A stretch of 64,000 nt of DNA from Bacteroidales bacterium (GTDB lineage: Bacteria > Bacteroidota > Bacteroidia > Bacteroidales > UBA7960), in NCBI GenBank assembly GCA_003559735.1, contig PWKN01000117.1, positions 20,663-84,662 of the forward strand, in the 5' to 3' direction. The notes beneath the pieces were generated by a model. That model was given only the letters and a program-made list of their open reading frames with translations. It was not told the DNA's origin and did not search any database. The first letter of the stretch is position 1, and the number at the start of each line of letters is the position of its first letter. Of the stretch, positions 21,480 through 29,585 are shown one piece after another. Position numbers and translations under genes: made by a program.

Positions 21480-22286
21480 TTATGATTTGTTTGCTGTTGC
21501 AAGGTTTTTTACCTGTTTGATAAAGCGCCGGCAGGCTTTCCCCGGATCCATTTCCCGCATAAACCGTTCTCCGATCAGGAATCCGTTATATCCGGCCGAC
21601 TTAAGTTCGGGGATTTTTTTCGCATCATCGATCCCGCTTTCAGCCACCCTGACAATATTTTCCGGCAGGAGTGCAGCCATCTCCAGGGTATGCGATTTGT
21701 TAAGGGTAAACGTCTTCAGGTTCCTGTTGTTGACGCCCACTATCGCTGTCTCCGGTGGCAGCTTGCCGATGCCTGCAGCATCGTGTACTTCAAAAAGAAC
21801 TTCCATTTGAAGGTTGTGCGCCAGGTCGCTGAGTTGTTTCATCTCCCCGGCCGACAGTATGGCGGCAATCAGCAATATGGCATCAGCACCAATGCTACGG
21901 GCCTCCAGCACCTGGTATTCATCGATGATAAAGTCTTTGCGCAGGATCGGACAGAAATTGTTTTGCCGCGCCGCCATCAGGTCGTCGTTGCTTCCCCCAA
22001 AATAATGACCATCGGTTATGATTGACAATGCCGATGCACCTGCCTGCATATAAGCCAGGGAAACCCGGGCAGGATCAGCGTATTCGTTGATCATGCCCTT
22101 TGAAGGCGACCTTCGCTTGAACTCGGCAATGATGCCGGTGAGGTCATCCCGCATCAGGTAATGCTTTAATGAAACCGGCCTTGCCCTGTTGTAAATGCTT
22201 TTCTCAAGTCGCCTGACCGGGTTTGTTGCTTTGTTTTCCGCTACTTCCTTTTTCTTGGTTTCGACGATCTGGTCCAATATATTCAT
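21480..22286 (-). CDS. trpC: Indole-3-glycerol phosphate synthase
   Basis: 268 aa with the IAEFKRRSPSKG motif. Confidence 0.95.
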   Translation of the reverse strand: MNILDQIVETKKKEVAENKATNPVRRLEKSIYNRARPVSLKHYLMRDDLTGIIAEFKRRSPSKGMINEYADPARVSLAYMQAGASALSIITDGHYFGGSNDDLMAARQNNFCPILRKDFIIDEYQVLEARSIGADAILLIAAILSAGEMKQLSDLAHNLQMEVLFEVHDAAGIGKLPPETAIVGVNNRNLKTFTLNKSHTLEMAALLPENIVRVAESGIDDAKKIPELKSAGYNGFLIGERFMREMDPGKACRRFIKQVKNLATANKS

Positions 22287-23278
22287 TATTGCAGAGCTAT
22301 TAATTGTTTAAACCGTTTGTGCGCATTTCCCGATCTGATCGATTCATCTGCCAGTGAAACCGCTTCCGGCAGTGTTTTCGCCTTACCGTAACAATATATG
22401 GCCATTGCTGCGTTGGCGATCACTGCGTTATGCTGTTGTATTGTTGCCTTGTTTTCCAGCACATCATGAAACACCCTGGCAGATGCATCCACACTTGTTC
22501 CGCCCACCAGGTCACCGGGGGTATTGCCCGGCAATCCAAAATCCCCGGGTTGCAACAGATCTTCACCCGAACGGCTGAATATTTTAAGAGGTGCTGTAAG
22601 CGATACCTCATCATAACCATCAAGCGAATACACCACCATGAACTGCTTCTTTTCCTGCTGGAGCAGGTAGCTGAAAATTCTGCCCGCCTCAATACTGAAA
22701 ACCCCGTTAAGCTGGTATTTTGGCCAGGCAGGATTTACCAGCGGACCCAGGATGTTAAAAAATGTTTTTACGCCCAGCTGTCTGCGTACTGGTCCGACCG
22801 CTTTTAATGCAGGATGAAACAGCGGGGCGTGCATAAAACATATTCCCGCCTTTTCGATCTCGCGATTCAGCTTGTCTGCATCTGTACTGAAGATATATCC
22901 CATATGTGCCATCAGGTTTGAAGAACCGGAGGACGAAGATATCCCGTAGTTTCCGTGTTTGGCTACAGGTATACCCGCACCTGCCACCACAAAGGCAGAA
23001 AGGGTGCTGATGTTAAACGTGTTTTTGTTATCCCCCCCGGTACCACAAACATCGATGGCATCGCCGCCATTGATCTTTACCTCGTGGGCAAGGTCAAGGA
23101 TGGCATCCCTGAACCCCAGCAACTCATCAATGCTTATGCTGCGCATTACGTACGCTGACAAAACCGCAGCAATGCGTGACTCATTCAATGCCCCCCCGGC
23201 GATGGCATGCATCATTTCCCTGGCCTCCGTACGGGTGAGCAATTGTGATTCAAGCAGTTTATTCAGTAATTGGTTCAT
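22286..23278 (-). CDS. trpD: Anthranilate phosphoribosyltransferase
   Basis: GTGGDNKNTFNIST motif. Homology begins at MNQLLNKLL (ATG 23278). The ORF stays open up to 23380, so the start is ambiguous. If 23278 is right, a 117-nt spacer follows trpG. Confidence 0.9.
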   Translation of the reverse strand: MNQLLNKLLESQLLTRTEAREMMHAIAGGALNESRIAAVLSAYVMRSISIDELLGFRDAILDLAHEVKINGGDAIDVCGTGGDNKNTFNISTLSAFVVAGAGIPVAKHGNYGISSSSGSSNLMAHMGYIFSTDADKLNREIEKAGICFMHAPLFHPALKAVGPVRRQLGVKTFFNILGPLVNPAWPKYQLNGVFSIEAGRIFSYLLQQEKKQFMVVYSLDGYDEVSLTAPLKIFSRSGEDLLQPGDFGLPGNTPGDLVGGTSVDASARVFHDVLENKATIQQHNAVIANAAMAIYCYGKAKTLPEAVSLADESIRSGNAHKRFKQLIALQ

Positions 23279-23395
23279 GTTCCTGTAATTTATCGTTATT
23301 ATTTCTGGTAACTCCAATCCGCCACCTGATGGCAACCATTCGCCTGTGTGGTGAAAGATCCCTGTCCGCCACCGGTTCATCCAAATGTATTGTCA

Positions 23396-24001
23396 TCAAA
23401 CCGTTTGCGTTTTGGCCTCTGTATTGGTAAATCCCGACAACCAGTTTTGAATGATGGTCTTTCCGTCAGGGGTAAGGATCGATTCGGGATGAAACTGTAC
23501 CCCGCAAACATCATATTCCCTGTGGCTTATGGCCATGATCCTTCCCTGCTGATCAACGGCATCTACACGCAACTGTCCGGGAAAACCATTGCTGTCGGCC
23601 ATCCATGAATTATAGCGTCCGGCCATAAAACCTGATGCCAGACCGTTGAACAGGTAGTGCCGTGGTGCGCAGATCTCCACCGGCGTAGCCACGCCATGAT
23701 AGACCTTTTCAATATTTACCAATTGTCCGCCAAACACCTGTGTGATGGCCTGCAATCCCAAACAGACACCAAACATGCGCTTCTTTTTATAATATTGTCC
23801 GATCATCTTCAGCAGCAAACCCGCCTCTTCAGGAATACCAGGTCCGGGCGACAGGATGATGCCATCATAAAGATCTATCGCTTCCAGTGCGATCTGGTCG
23901 TTGCGGGCCACATCCAGACTGTGTTCGCCTGTCTCGCGCACATAATGCACAAGGTTCCACGTAAAAGAATCATAATTGTCGAAAACCAGTATGTTTGCCA
24001 T
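23396..24001 (-). CDS. trpG: Anthranilate synthase component II (glutamine amidotransferase)
   Basis: 201 aa with catalytic GVCLGLQA and GVQFHPES. Confidence 0.95.
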   Translation of the reverse strand: MANILVFDNYDSFTWNLVHYVRETGEHSLDVARNDQIALEAIDLYDGIILSPGPGIPEEAGLLLKMIGQYYKKKRMFGVCLGLQAITQVFGGQLVNIEKVYHGVATPVEICAPRHYLFNGLASGFMAGRYNSWMADSNGFPGQLRVDAVDQQGRIMAISHREYDVCGVQFHPESILTPDGKTIIQNWLSGFTNTEAKTQTV

Positions 24002-24051
24002 AATTGATCATTTTATCTATTTGTCCCTTCCTTCCTGTACCCACAGTCTGT

Positions 24052-25467
24052 TCAAACGGTACCGAACCCTTCGGCCATCTGTATGGCTTTTCGCAGTGCG
24101 CTGATCTTCCCGTTCACTTCATTGAGTTCTCCCTGCGGACTGGATTCGATGACGACTCCGGCGCCGGCCTGATAGATCAGTCTGCCTCTCAGGCTAAGGA
24201 ATGACCGGATCATGATGGCATGGTTCAGTGTACCATTGAGTCCGATAAACCCGATTGCTCCCCCGTAAAAACCCCGTGCACGGTCTTCGTATTGATCTAT
24301 AAGCTGTATCGCTTTGTGCTTGGGGGCGCCCGACAATGTTCCGGCGGGGAAAGTATCTGCAAACAAACGGTATTTTTTCGCTTCCTTGTCCAGCCTGCCG
24401 CTAACCGTTGATACCAGGTGTATCACGTGAGAATAGGTTTGCACCTGGCGAAATGTTTCTACTTTTATTTCTGATGCATGTTTGCTCAGATCGTTGCGTG
24501 CCAGGTCGACGAGCATACAATGTTCGGAGTTTTCCTTTTGATTGGCCAGCAACTCCTCTACAAGCGCAGCATCTTTGAGGGGGTCTTCCTGGCGGATCAC
24601 GGTGCCTGCAATGGGATTGATCAGGGCCATGTTTTGGTTCACCTGCAGCTGTGCCTCAGGCGATGAGCCAAACAGCTTATAGGACAAGTAGTCAAAATAG
24701 AACAAATAGGGCGATGGGTTGATTGAGCGCAGCGCCCGGTACACATTGAACTCGTCGCCGGTAAAATCCTGCTCGAAACGCCGCGACAGTACGATCTGGA
24801 ACACATCGCCACGGGCACAGTGTCCGATGCCCTTGTTTACCATTTCCATATAGCTGTCGTCGGTGGTGGGAGATCTTTCTGTTCCTGTTCTGCAAAAAGG
24901 GAAGCAGGTGGCGTTCCGGTTGGCAAGCAATGAACGTATCGCAGGTACGATCGTTTGACGATCTTTGTCCAGCAACTCACAAATGACAAGGGTGTGGTTG
25001 AAATGGTTGAAAGCAATCACCACCTGGTACAGATCATAACGCAACAGGGGTATACGGTCATTGTCGTTATCCGGCCGGCGAATGTTTACGTTATCGAAGT
25101 AATTTACCGCATCATAGGCGGTATAGCCAAAAACACCCGGCATGTGCCGTTCATCAGGAGCGTTTTCAATGGCAAACGAGGCCAGAAAGTCCTCAACAAT
25201 ATCTGTTACCGGCATACTGCCGTCGATGGTACGGGTTTTTTCTTCTGAGTTGTTGTATCTGACTTTCAGATTGTTCCCCTCCATCTCCACCCCAGCCATT
25301 GGTTGCAGGCATATATATGAATACGCGTCCTGCCTGCTGCTGTAGTCGGCGCACTCCAGCAACTGACACTGAGGAAATGCGTCGCGCAACCGCAGATAGA
25401 TGCCTACCGGGGTGAAGGTATCGGCCTGCAGGAGATGAATGTCTGCTTTGAGTTGAATCTTTTGCAT
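24052..25467 (-). CDS. trpE: Anthranilate synthase component I
   Basis: 471 aa chorismate-binding enzyme with C-terminal GFYGGAIGFIG and AGAGVV motifs. Confidence 0.95.
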   Translation of the reverse strand: MQKIQLKADIHLLQADTFTPVGIYLRLRDAFPQCQLLECADYSSRQDAYSYICLQPMAGVEMEGNNLKVRYNNSEEKTRTIDGSMPVTDIVEDFLASFAIENAPDERHMPGVFGYTAYDAVNYFDNVNIRRPDNDNDRIPLLRYDLYQVVIAFNHFNHTLVICELLDKDRQTIVPAIRSLLANRNATCFPFCRTGTERSPTTDDSYMEMVNKGIGHCARGDVFQIVLSRRFEQDFTGDEFNVYRALRSINPSPYLFYFDYLSYKLFGSSPEAQLQVNQNMALINPIAGTVIRQEDPLKDAALVEELLANQKENSEHCMLVDLARNDLSKHASEIKVETFRQVQTYSHVIHLVSTVSGRLDKEAKKYRLFADTFPAGTLSGAPKHKAIQLIDQYEDRARGFYGGAIGFIGLNGTLNHAIMIRSFLSLRGRLIYQAGAGVVIESSPQGELNEVNGKISALRKAIQMAEGFGTV

Positions 25468-25622
25468 CTTTATTCCTGTTTAATATGGATTATATACTGT
25501 TCCGGGTCTTTGAACCCGCCTTTTACAAACTCGCCGAAGACTCCGTTGCCAGACGATCATCATCTGCCGTCGTCACCCTGAAGGGCATTGCCCCGGTTCA
25601 TGTCCTGAGCGATCAGGCACAC

Positions 25623-25651
25623 AAAAAAGCCCGCTTGCGTGTCAAGCGGGC
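25623..25651 (-). terminator. Intrinsic terminator (attenuator) between the trp leader ORF and trpE
   Basis: On the minus-strand RNA: GCCCGCUUG-ACACG-CAAGCGGGC (9-bp stem) followed by UUUUUU. It lies 40 nt after the leader stop and about 155 nt before the trpE ATG. Confidence 0.8.
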
Positions 25652-25691
25652 TTTTTCACAAAATGATGCCTTGAATAATATCTTAACATCC

Positions 25692-25772
25692 CTATGGCCT
25701 ATAGCACCTGACACAGCAACCGAGGCTGTTGTGCCACCACCAAAAGCAAAAGGTATGTTTCGATCTCTTCAT
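25692..25772 (-). CDS. trpL: trp operon leader peptide (26 aa, three consecutive Trp codons)
   Basis: MKRSKHTFCFWWWHNSLGCCVRCYRP*. TGG TGG TGG lies at 25734-25742 on the minus strand. This is the 3' part of track ORF 25692..25946. Confidence 0.75.
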   Translation of the reverse strand: MKRSKHTFCFWWWHNSLGCCVRCYRP

Positions 25773-25792
25773 CTCTGTTCTGATTTCGCCTG

Positions 25793-25800
25793 CAATATTA
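25793..25800 (-). promoter_or_regulatory. Candidate -7 promoter box TAATATTG for the trp leader
   Basis: Minus strand TAATATTGCAG sits 21 nt upstream of the leader ATG. The identical 11-mer occurs upstream of the Phe/Tyr leader at 29283-29293. Confidence 0.35.
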
Positions 25801-25870
25801 AGGATAATTTTTGAATAAACAACCGTATAAAAAAATTTTTTATATTTGCAATTCATAAAAAAATAATTCA

Positions 25871-25878
25871 TACTTTTG
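25871..25878 (+). promoter_or_regulatory. Candidate -7 promoter box TACTTTTG for the asn leader/asnA
   Basis: Exact TAnnTTTG match 34 nt upstream of the leader ATG at 25912. A TTTG lies at 25845-25848. Confidence 0.4.
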
Positions 25879-25911
25879 TCCAGATTATCATTCAAAAAGC
25901 ATACGGAAGAC

Positions 25912-25962
25912 ATGATTGCCTCATACATCATTAATAATAATAACAATAACTGCCCACCTTAG
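25912..25962 (+). CDS. asnA leader peptide (16 aa, six consecutive Asn codons)
   Basis: MIASYIINNNNNNCPP*. AAT AAT AAT AAC AAT AAC lies at 25933-25950. Confidence 0.7.
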   Translation: MIASYIINNNNNNCPP

Positions 25963-26000
25963 TCAAGGCGGTTGCTTTGTTATGCCTGAAAATCATATGA

Positions 26001-26026
26001 GCCCGCCAATTGGCGGGCTTTTTTTA
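26001..26026 (+). terminator. Intrinsic terminator (attenuator) upstream of asnA
   Basis: GCCCGCC-AATT-GGCGGGC followed by TTTTTTT. It lies 38 nt after the leader stop and 42 nt before the asnA ATG. Confidence 0.8.
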
Positions 26027-26055
26027 TTTATTCACTTTTTATTTATTCACTTTTT
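26026..26055 (+). repeat. Perfect 15-bp tandem duplication ATTTATTCACTTTTT x2
   Basis: 26026-26040 equals 26041-26055, read directly. It sits between the attenuator terminator and the asnA ATG. Confidence 0.9.
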
Positions 26056-26067
26056 AAATTAATTATC

Positions 26068-27078
26068 ATGTCAGCAACAACAGAGATCCTGAAAACCGAG
26101 CGAGCCATTGCTTTTGTCAAAGACCATTTTGAAAAGGCCTTGTCGAATCGTTTGAACCTGATCAAAGTGTCATCCCCCATAGCGGTAATGGAAAATACCG
26201 GGTTGAATGATGAGCTTAACGGGGTGGAGCGTCCGGTCAATTTCATGGTGAAGTCCGCCAACGGCAGTCCTGCCGTTATTGTCCATTCGCTGGCCAAATG
26301 GAAGCGCTTACGGTTGAAACAGCTTGATATAGCGCCGGGCATGGGTGTTCTGACAGATATGAGGGCACTCAGGCCAGAAGAAGACTATACCCCGCTGCAT
26401 TCAATATATGTAGACCAGTGGGACTGGGAGCAAAGCATGCTGCCTGAGGAACGCACACTTTCTTTCCTGAAAGCCACTGTTAAAAGAATCTATGAGGCCC
26501 TGAAAGAGACCGAGAAGCTGTTTTGCGAAGCCTTTACAGCATTTTCTCCAACCCTTGCCGACCAGATCACCTTCTTCCATGCCGAAGAACTGGCACAGCG
26601 CTATCCTGATCTTACTCCAAAACAAAGGGAAACTGAAATTACCAGGGAGTATGGTTCTGTTTTCATTATCGGTATTGGGGCCGAACTGTCCGACGGACTG
26701 GCGCATGATGGCCGTGCACCCGATTACGACGACTGGTCGTCAGAGAATGAAGAGGGGAGCATCGGACTCAATGGCGACATCATTGTGTGGAACCATGTAC
26801 TGGAGGATGCCTTTGAAATATCTTCAATGGGGATCCGTGTTGATCCCGAGGCCCTTCAGCGTCAGCTGGTGTTGCGTCGCTGCCCGGAAAAAGCAAGTTA
26901 TCCTTTTCATCAGATGCTGCTCAGGGGAGAGCTGCCACAGAGTATCGGGGGCGGTATCGGACAATCGAGGGTATGCATGTTCATGCTCAGAAAGTCGCAT
27001 ATAGGCGAAGTGCAGGTTGGCATTTGGCCGGAAGGAGAAAAAGAGCGCCTGGAAGCAGAGGGCATCCGGTTGCTATAG
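26068..27078 (+). CDS. asnA: Aspartate--ammonia ligase (asparagine synthetase A)
   Basis: 336 aa. VHSLAKWKR, YVDQWDWE, LNGDIIVWNHVLEDAFEISSMGIRVD and GGGIGQSR closely match E. coli AsnA as I recall it. Confidence 0.95.
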   Translation: MSATTEILKTERAIAFVKDHFEKALSNRLNLIKVSSPIAVMENTGLNDELNGVERPVNFMVKSANGSPAVIVHSLAKWKRLRLKQLDIAPGMGVLTDMRALRPEEDYTPLHSIYVDQWDWEQSMLPEERTLSFLKATVKRIYEALKETEKLFCEAFTAFSPTLADQITFFHAEELAQRYPDLTPKQRETEITREYGSVFIIGIGAELSDGLAHDGRAPDYDDWSSENEEGSIGLNGDIIVWNHVLEDAFEISSMGIRVDPEALQRQLVLRRCPEKASYPFHQMLLRGELPQSIGGGIGQSRVCMFMLRKSHIGEVQVGIWPEGEKERLEAEGIRLL

Positions 27079-27081
27079 CCA

Positions 27082-28851
27082 TCACAGGGGCCACACCATC
27101 ATGATCAACGGCACCCCGATCAGCACGATGATCACCTCAAGGGGTAGTCCCATTCTCCAATAGTCGGTAAACCTGTATCCTCCCGGACCCATCACCAGGG
27201 TATTCGACTGGTGTCCGACAGGTGTAAGGAAGGCACAGGAGCCTCCGACGGCGACAGCCATCAGAAAGGGGTCGGCAGACAATCCGAGACCGTTTGCCAC
27301 GCTGATGGCAATGGGTGCCATCAGCACCACCGTGGCGGCATTGTTTATAATGTCTGACAAGAACATGGTTACCACCAGAATCAGGGTAAGAATTGCCCAT
27401 GGAGGGAATATTTCTCCTGTAAGCAGTATCCGGGAGGCGATCCACGAGGCACCGCCGCTGGTTTCCAGTGCCGTTCCAACAGGGATCATTGCGGCAAGCA
27501 ATACGATCACAGGCCAGTCAATATTATGGTATACGTTTTTAAGCGGAAGGACCCCCGAGAGGACCATACCAAGGGCAGCCATGGAGAACGCCACCTGCAC
27601 GGGCAACAAGCCGGCCACCACAAGAATGATGGCACCCACAAAAACACCCAGTGCCAGCGGGATCTTTTGCTTGTAGCCAATCCGCAAACCGCGTTGCGCC
27701 AGGGGGAGACATCCGATGGTGGTAATGGCATCATCGAGTACATGCTCCCTGCCCTGCAAAAGCAATACATCGCCGGTACGAAAAACCACGTGGTCGAGCC
27801 GGCGGCGGATCCGCTGCTCCTTGCGTGCAACGGCCAGCAAGTTAATGCCAAAACGGCTGCGCATCCGCAAACCGGCCGCCGACTGTCCAACGACCGGAGA
27901 ATCAGGCATCACGATGGCCTCTGTAATACGGATGTTTTTCGAACCCTCCGCATCCTTCCTGAATTTCTTATCGCCTACAAGCTGCACCCCGGTATCATCA
28001 ATGAACGTTTTCAGCTCTTCTGTGTCTGTTTCGATGATGATGATATCGTTGTTTGCAAATGTTTCCTCCGGATTGGGAGCATGGATGCGTTTGCCGGCGC
28101 GGACAAAACCCAGGACCTGTACCCCGGCACCGGTTACTGTGTCGAGTGTGCCCACGGTAAGTCCCTTAATTTTGGATCTGGACGTTACTTTTACCTCCGT
28201 AATGTATTCATCAATACCAAACAGGTCTGTCTCCGATTTGGCACTGATCCGTTTTGGCAACAACCGCCATCCCAGCAGTGCAATAAAGAGAATTCCCGCT
28301 ATGGCCAGACTGATCCCCACAGGAGAAAAGTCAAACATTCCAAACGCCTGTCCGGCATAGTCTTTCCGAAAAGTGGCTATGATTATGTTTGGCGGAGTGC
28401 CTATCAGCGTTGTCATCCCTCCCAATAGCGAAGCAAAGGCAATAGGCATGAGGATATAGGAAGGCGGGTGTCCACTCTTTCTCGCCATGGCAATTGCCAC
28501 CGGCATCATTATGGCCAGGGCCCCTACGTTGTTCATAAAGGCTGATGCAACAGCAACGATCACAGACAAGGTTGTGATCTGCAGCAATAAGCCCTTCCCT
28601 GCCTTCATCACCCACTTCCCCAAAACATCAATCAGGCCCGAGTGTTCCAGTCCTTTCCCAATCACAAGTACCGCCGCAACAGTGATCACCGCCGGGTGTC
28701 CAAAGCCTTCAAAGGCTTCCTGGGGAGAAACAACACCGGCAACAACCATTATGAACAATGCGATCAGCGCCACCGCATCATGCCTGAACCATCCCCATGC
28801 AAACAAAATCAACACAAGCACCAACGTGCCAAAAACAATACCTTGTTCCAT
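27082..28851 (-). CDS. SLC13/DASS-type anion permease with central TrkA-C domains
   Basis: 589 aa. Two polytopic halves flank a soluble region of about 170 aa with a TrkA-C-like duplicated fold. Confidence 0.75.
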   Translation of the reverse strand: MEQGIVFGTLVLVLILFAWGWFRHDAVALIALFIMVVAGVVSPQEAFEGFGHPAVITVAAVLVIGKGLEHSGLIDVLGKWVMKAGKGLLLQITTLSVIVAVASAFMNNVGALAIMMPVAIAMARKSGHPPSYILMPIAFASLLGGMTTLIGTPPNIIIATFRKDYAGQAFGMFDFSPVGISLAIAGILFIALLGWRLLPKRISAKSETDLFGIDEYITEVKVTSRSKIKGLTVGTLDTVTGAGVQVLGFVRAGKRIHAPNPEETFANNDIIIIETDTEELKTFIDDTGVQLVGDKKFRKDAEGSKNIRITEAIVMPDSPVVGQSAAGLRMRSRFGINLLAVARKEQRIRRRLDHVVFRTGDVLLLQGREHVLDDAITTIGCLPLAQRGLRIGYKQKIPLALGVFVGAIILVVAGLLPVQVAFSMAALGMVLSGVLPLKNVYHNIDWPVIVLLAAMIPVGTALETSGGASWIASRILLTGEIFPPWAILTLILVVTMFLSDIINNAATVVLMAPIAISVANGLGLSADPFLMAVAVGGSCAFLTPVGHQSNTLVMGPGGYRFTDYWRMGLPLEVIIVLIGVPLIMMVWPL

Positions 28852-28908
28852 ACGACAAAAATAATTATTTTCGTAACCTGTATGTATTGTTCATAAACAT
28901 TCATAGCC

Positions 28909-29127
28909 ATGGAAAACATCCCTGAACTTTTTTCGGAACGCTTAACCCTGTTTTTGATCATCATCCTCTTTCTGGCGTTATGGGAAACCGCCTGGAAAAT
29001 GATCTCCATGTGGAAGTCGGCCAGAAGAAAGCAACTTGCGTGGTTTATCTGCCTGGGTATCTTCAACACCCTGGGCATCCTGCCCATCGTATACCTGTTG
29101 CTATACAGGAAGGAACCGGCAGCATAG
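28909..29127 (+). CDS. Small two-TM membrane protein (DUF5652-like)
   Basis: 72 aa. WKSARRKQLAWFICLGIFNTLGILPIVYLL resembles that family as I recall it. Confidence 0.5.
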   Translation: MENIPELFSERLTLFLIIILFLALWETAWKMISMWKSARRKQLAWFICLGIFNTLGILPIVYLLLYRKEPAA

Positions 29128-29259
29128 CCACAAAATCCGCCCTTAATCACATGCGCGTATAATTCCCGGCTGGGTCCACATGAAACAGGTCTGCCACAGG
29201 ATGGCCAGACACATTTTTCTGTTGTTTTTTTCGTTTTTAAGAAAAAAATATAAAAAAAT

Positions 29260-29290
29260 TTTGTTTTTATAAATAAAACACCTAATATTG
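29260..29290 (+). promoter_or_regulatory. Candidate promoter TTTG-N19-TAATATTG for the Phe/Tyr leaders
   Basis: TTTG at 29260-29263 and TAATATTG at 29283-29290. The spacing fits the Bacteroides -33/-7 consensus. It lies 27 nt upstream of the leader-1 ATG. Confidence 0.4.
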
Positions 29291-29316
29291 CAGTCGTCAA
29301 AAAGAAAGAAAAGATC

Positions 29317-29385
29317 ATGAACAGCACATTTGTCACCTATTTTTATTTTTACTTTTACTTCTTTAGCGATAAAGGGGTCTGGTGA
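29317..29385 (+). CDS. Phe/Tyr-rich leader peptide 1 (22 aa)
   Basis: MNSTFVTYFYFYFYFFSDKGVW*. Codons 8-16 comprise 5 Phe and 4 Tyr. Confidence 0.75.
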   Translation: MNSTFVTYFYFYFYFFSDKGVW

Positions 29386-29420
29386 TATTGTGTGCAGAAA
29401 ACCGAATAATTAAGTATCCA

Positions 29421-29447
29421 GACCCCGCAAAAGCGGGGTTTTTTTTT
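29421..29447 (+). terminator. Attenuator terminator 1
   Basis: ACCCCGC-AAAA-GCGGGGT followed by a 9-T run. CCAGACCCC (29418-29426) overlaps its 5' arm and is perfectly complementary to GGGGTCTGG (29374-29382) at the end of leader 1. Confidence 0.85.
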
Positions 29448-29464
29448 GTTACGAACTTAACGAT

Positions 29465-29572
29465 ATGATCCGACAAACATCAAATACAGCGTCTGCCCCG
29501 GCTTGTTTCTCAAGCTATTATTTCTTTTTTTATTTTATTCCCCGCTGGGGCCGGCAAATCTGTACCATTTAA
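29465..29572 (+). CDS. Phe/Tyr-rich leader peptide 2 (35 aa)
   Basis: MIRQTSNTASAPACFSSYYFFFYFIPRWGRQICTI*. The run YYFFFYF lies at 29516-29536. The ATG is 18 nt after the terminator-1 T-run. Confidence 0.6.
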   Translation: MIRQTSNTASAPACFSSYYFFFYFIPRWGRQICTI

Positions 29573-29585
29573 CGAACAGAGAAAA

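Noticed and set aside
23318-23373. 9-mer TCCGCCACC repeated 47 nt apart in the trpG-trpD spacer
   Set aside because: It could be part of an N-terminal extension of trpD, since the ORF is open to 23380, or it could be chance. There is not enough signal to call a regulatory element.
25623-25656. Hairpin flanked by an A-run and a T-run, read as a bidirectional intergenic terminator
   Set aside because: No plus-strand gene ends upstream of it. Its position between a WWW leader ORF and trpE on the minus strand fits an attenuator instead.
25485-25814. 109-aa plus-strand ORF across the trp attenuator
   Set aside because: It is antisense to the trp leader and terminator with no motif. The region is better explained as 5' regulatory RNA of trpE.
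25692-25946. 84-aa minus-strand ORF in the track, spanning the trpE-asnA intergenic region
   Set aside because: Most of it is AT-rich promoter DNA with low-complexity translation, and it runs antisense across the asn leader. Only its last 26 codons, from ATG 25772 with the WWW run, make sense, and they read as a leader peptide.
28809-29336. 175-aa minus-strand ORF
   Set aside because: It overlaps the DUF5652-like gene on the opposite strand, the AT-rich promoter region, and the start of Phe/Tyr leader 1. It has no recognisable motif and is likely spurious.
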